Below are positions 62,526 to 64,000 of a DNA stretch of 64,000 nucleotides, in pieces. The notes beneath the pieces were generated by a model. That model worked only from the letters and a program-made list of their open reading frames with translations, ran no database searches and was not told the DNA's origin. Within the stretch, counting starts at the first letter, position 1. The number at the start of each line of letters is the position of its first letter. The stretch spans positions 20,646,001 to 20,710,000 of the forward strand of contig NC_086098.1 in NCBI RefSeq assembly GCF_963921235.1. The letters run 5' to 3'. The translations under genes were made by a program, and so were the position numbers. The stretch comes from Mobula hypostoma (taxonomy: Eukaryota).

Positions 62526-64000
62526 ACACTCGGCATTATTTGTGCCTCAAACACAACACAAACACTGCCTTTTTGAAATTTTGTAGTCCATCACAAACAT
62601 GTAAACAAATGTGCCTTATGACCTTTAAAGAGTGGCACATTATAACTGTGATCATGTAGGGCAGGGGTTCTGAATCTGGGGTCCATGGATCCCTTGGTTA
62701 ATGGTAAGACTCCATAACATTAAAAAATGCTCGGAACCACTGGTTTAGCATGAAGCAAAATGAAGATTTTCAATCTGAAAGTTAGGCTGGGTATCCCACT
62801 TCTCCAATGATCACTTGGAGATTGTGATGGTGAGAAGACACTTAGAAAAATGCATCAGAATCAGGGTCAGAAATCTGCTCATCCTTCATTTGAGTAAATC
62901 CCACCAACGTCTTCTGTACAAACAGAACTTTACAAAAACACAGGTAGATTTAGTTTCTAATAGCTTGGCAAAAGTAAACTTGCTTCTGCCTGTGTGACCT
63001 ACTTTCCTCTTTGTTGATCTTAGCAATACATAGAAAGACAAACTTTGCACAAGCACTTCAGACATGAAGGCTATCAACATATCAACAAGTGACTGAAGTG
63101 TGGCAGCAGCAGGTTACTCTGCTCAGCTGAATTGGTCAATTAATAAGATCGTGGGTGTTCTGATTTTAACTGCATTCCTATCTACCCATAATAACTTTCA
63201 CTCTTGCTTATCAAGTACACTCTTAGCTCTGCCTTTTGAATATTCAGAGACTTTGCATCCACTGCCATTTTGTTTTGTTGACTTTGTGATTTGATGTTTT
63301 ACATTTTCACTCATTTTTTGCTATTTGCGCCATTAGTTCTTTTTTTTAGTGCATTGGGGGTTTGATAGTTTTCTTTTTCTCGTAGCTCCCTGTGAGAAGA
63401 AAAAAATCTCAGGGTTGTATTCTGCATATATACTTTGCTAATAAATGCACTTTGAATCTTTGAATTTTTGAATCTTGAATTTAAAGAAGAGTGTTCTAAA
63501 GTTTCATGATCTTCTGAGGGAAAACATAAATCACCTCATCCCAATCTTACATGGGTGATTCCTTCTTTTTTGAAACAGTGACCCTAGTTCCAGGTTTTTC
63601 TGCATGAGAAACATCTTTTCACTTCCCATCTGTCAAAATCACCCAGGATGTTCTATATTTCACTCAAGTCCCTTGTCATTCTCCTAGTTCGCAGTGGATC
63701 CAAGACTAGCCTGTTTACCCATTACTTGGAAGATGACCTGCTATTTCAGGTATTAGTCTACTAAGGCTTCTTTGAATTGCTTCTATTGAATTAGCACCTG
63801 TTCTTAAAAAAGAAGAGTAATACTATATACTGTAAACAGTATTCCAGATTTGCTTTCACTGATATCTGACATGGTAGGTAGGTTAGCAGTTAGCACAATG
63901 CTTTACACCTGTATTTAAGGAGTTTGTACATTAACCCTGTGGCTGCATGCGTTTCCCCTGGGTGCTCCAGTGTCCTCCCACATTCCAAAGACATATTGTT

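Noticed and set aside
62840-62910. Terminal exon of an upstream minus-strand gene (KTLVGFTQMKDEQISDPDSDAFF*)
   Set aside because: Only a plausible acceptor and 23 codons, with no recognisable homology.

Overview
Eukaryotic, repeat-dense vertebrate DNA. The repeat set (CR1/HER1-like LINEs with (TCTATGTT)n-type tails, Rex1/Babar, Penelope-like elements, tRNA SINEs) suggests a cartilaginous fish, probably a ray (inference). One protein-coding gene is clear: HSDL1 on the minus strand, with four coding exons (31637-31856, 26910-27355, 19332-19559, 16124-16180; 316 aa as assembled). A CpG-rich promoter at about 0.1-0.95 kb probably belongs to the next gene (MBTPS1 by human synteny, not shown by the sequence). 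Most of the rest is nested transposable elements: CR1, Rex1/Babar, RTE, Penelope-like GIY-YIG elements (PLEs), hAT, Tc1/mariner, BEL/Pao and a chromodomain Gypsy, plus a 255-N gap. The most interesting signals are: (1) minimal type-I hammerhead ribozymes about 100 nt from the PLE 3' end; (2) three independent, TSD-flanked hairpin micro-insertions that fold back exactly at that ribozyme; (3) a hAT-like element with 6-bp TSDs and a retained zinc-finger exon; (4) HSDL1 with an intact catalytic YxxxK, an altered cofactor loop and an apparent last-exon frameshift; (5) a possible decayed gene at 45.5-59.1 kb. There are no prokaryotic features such as CRISPR arrays or operons. TE boundaries without TSDs are approximate.
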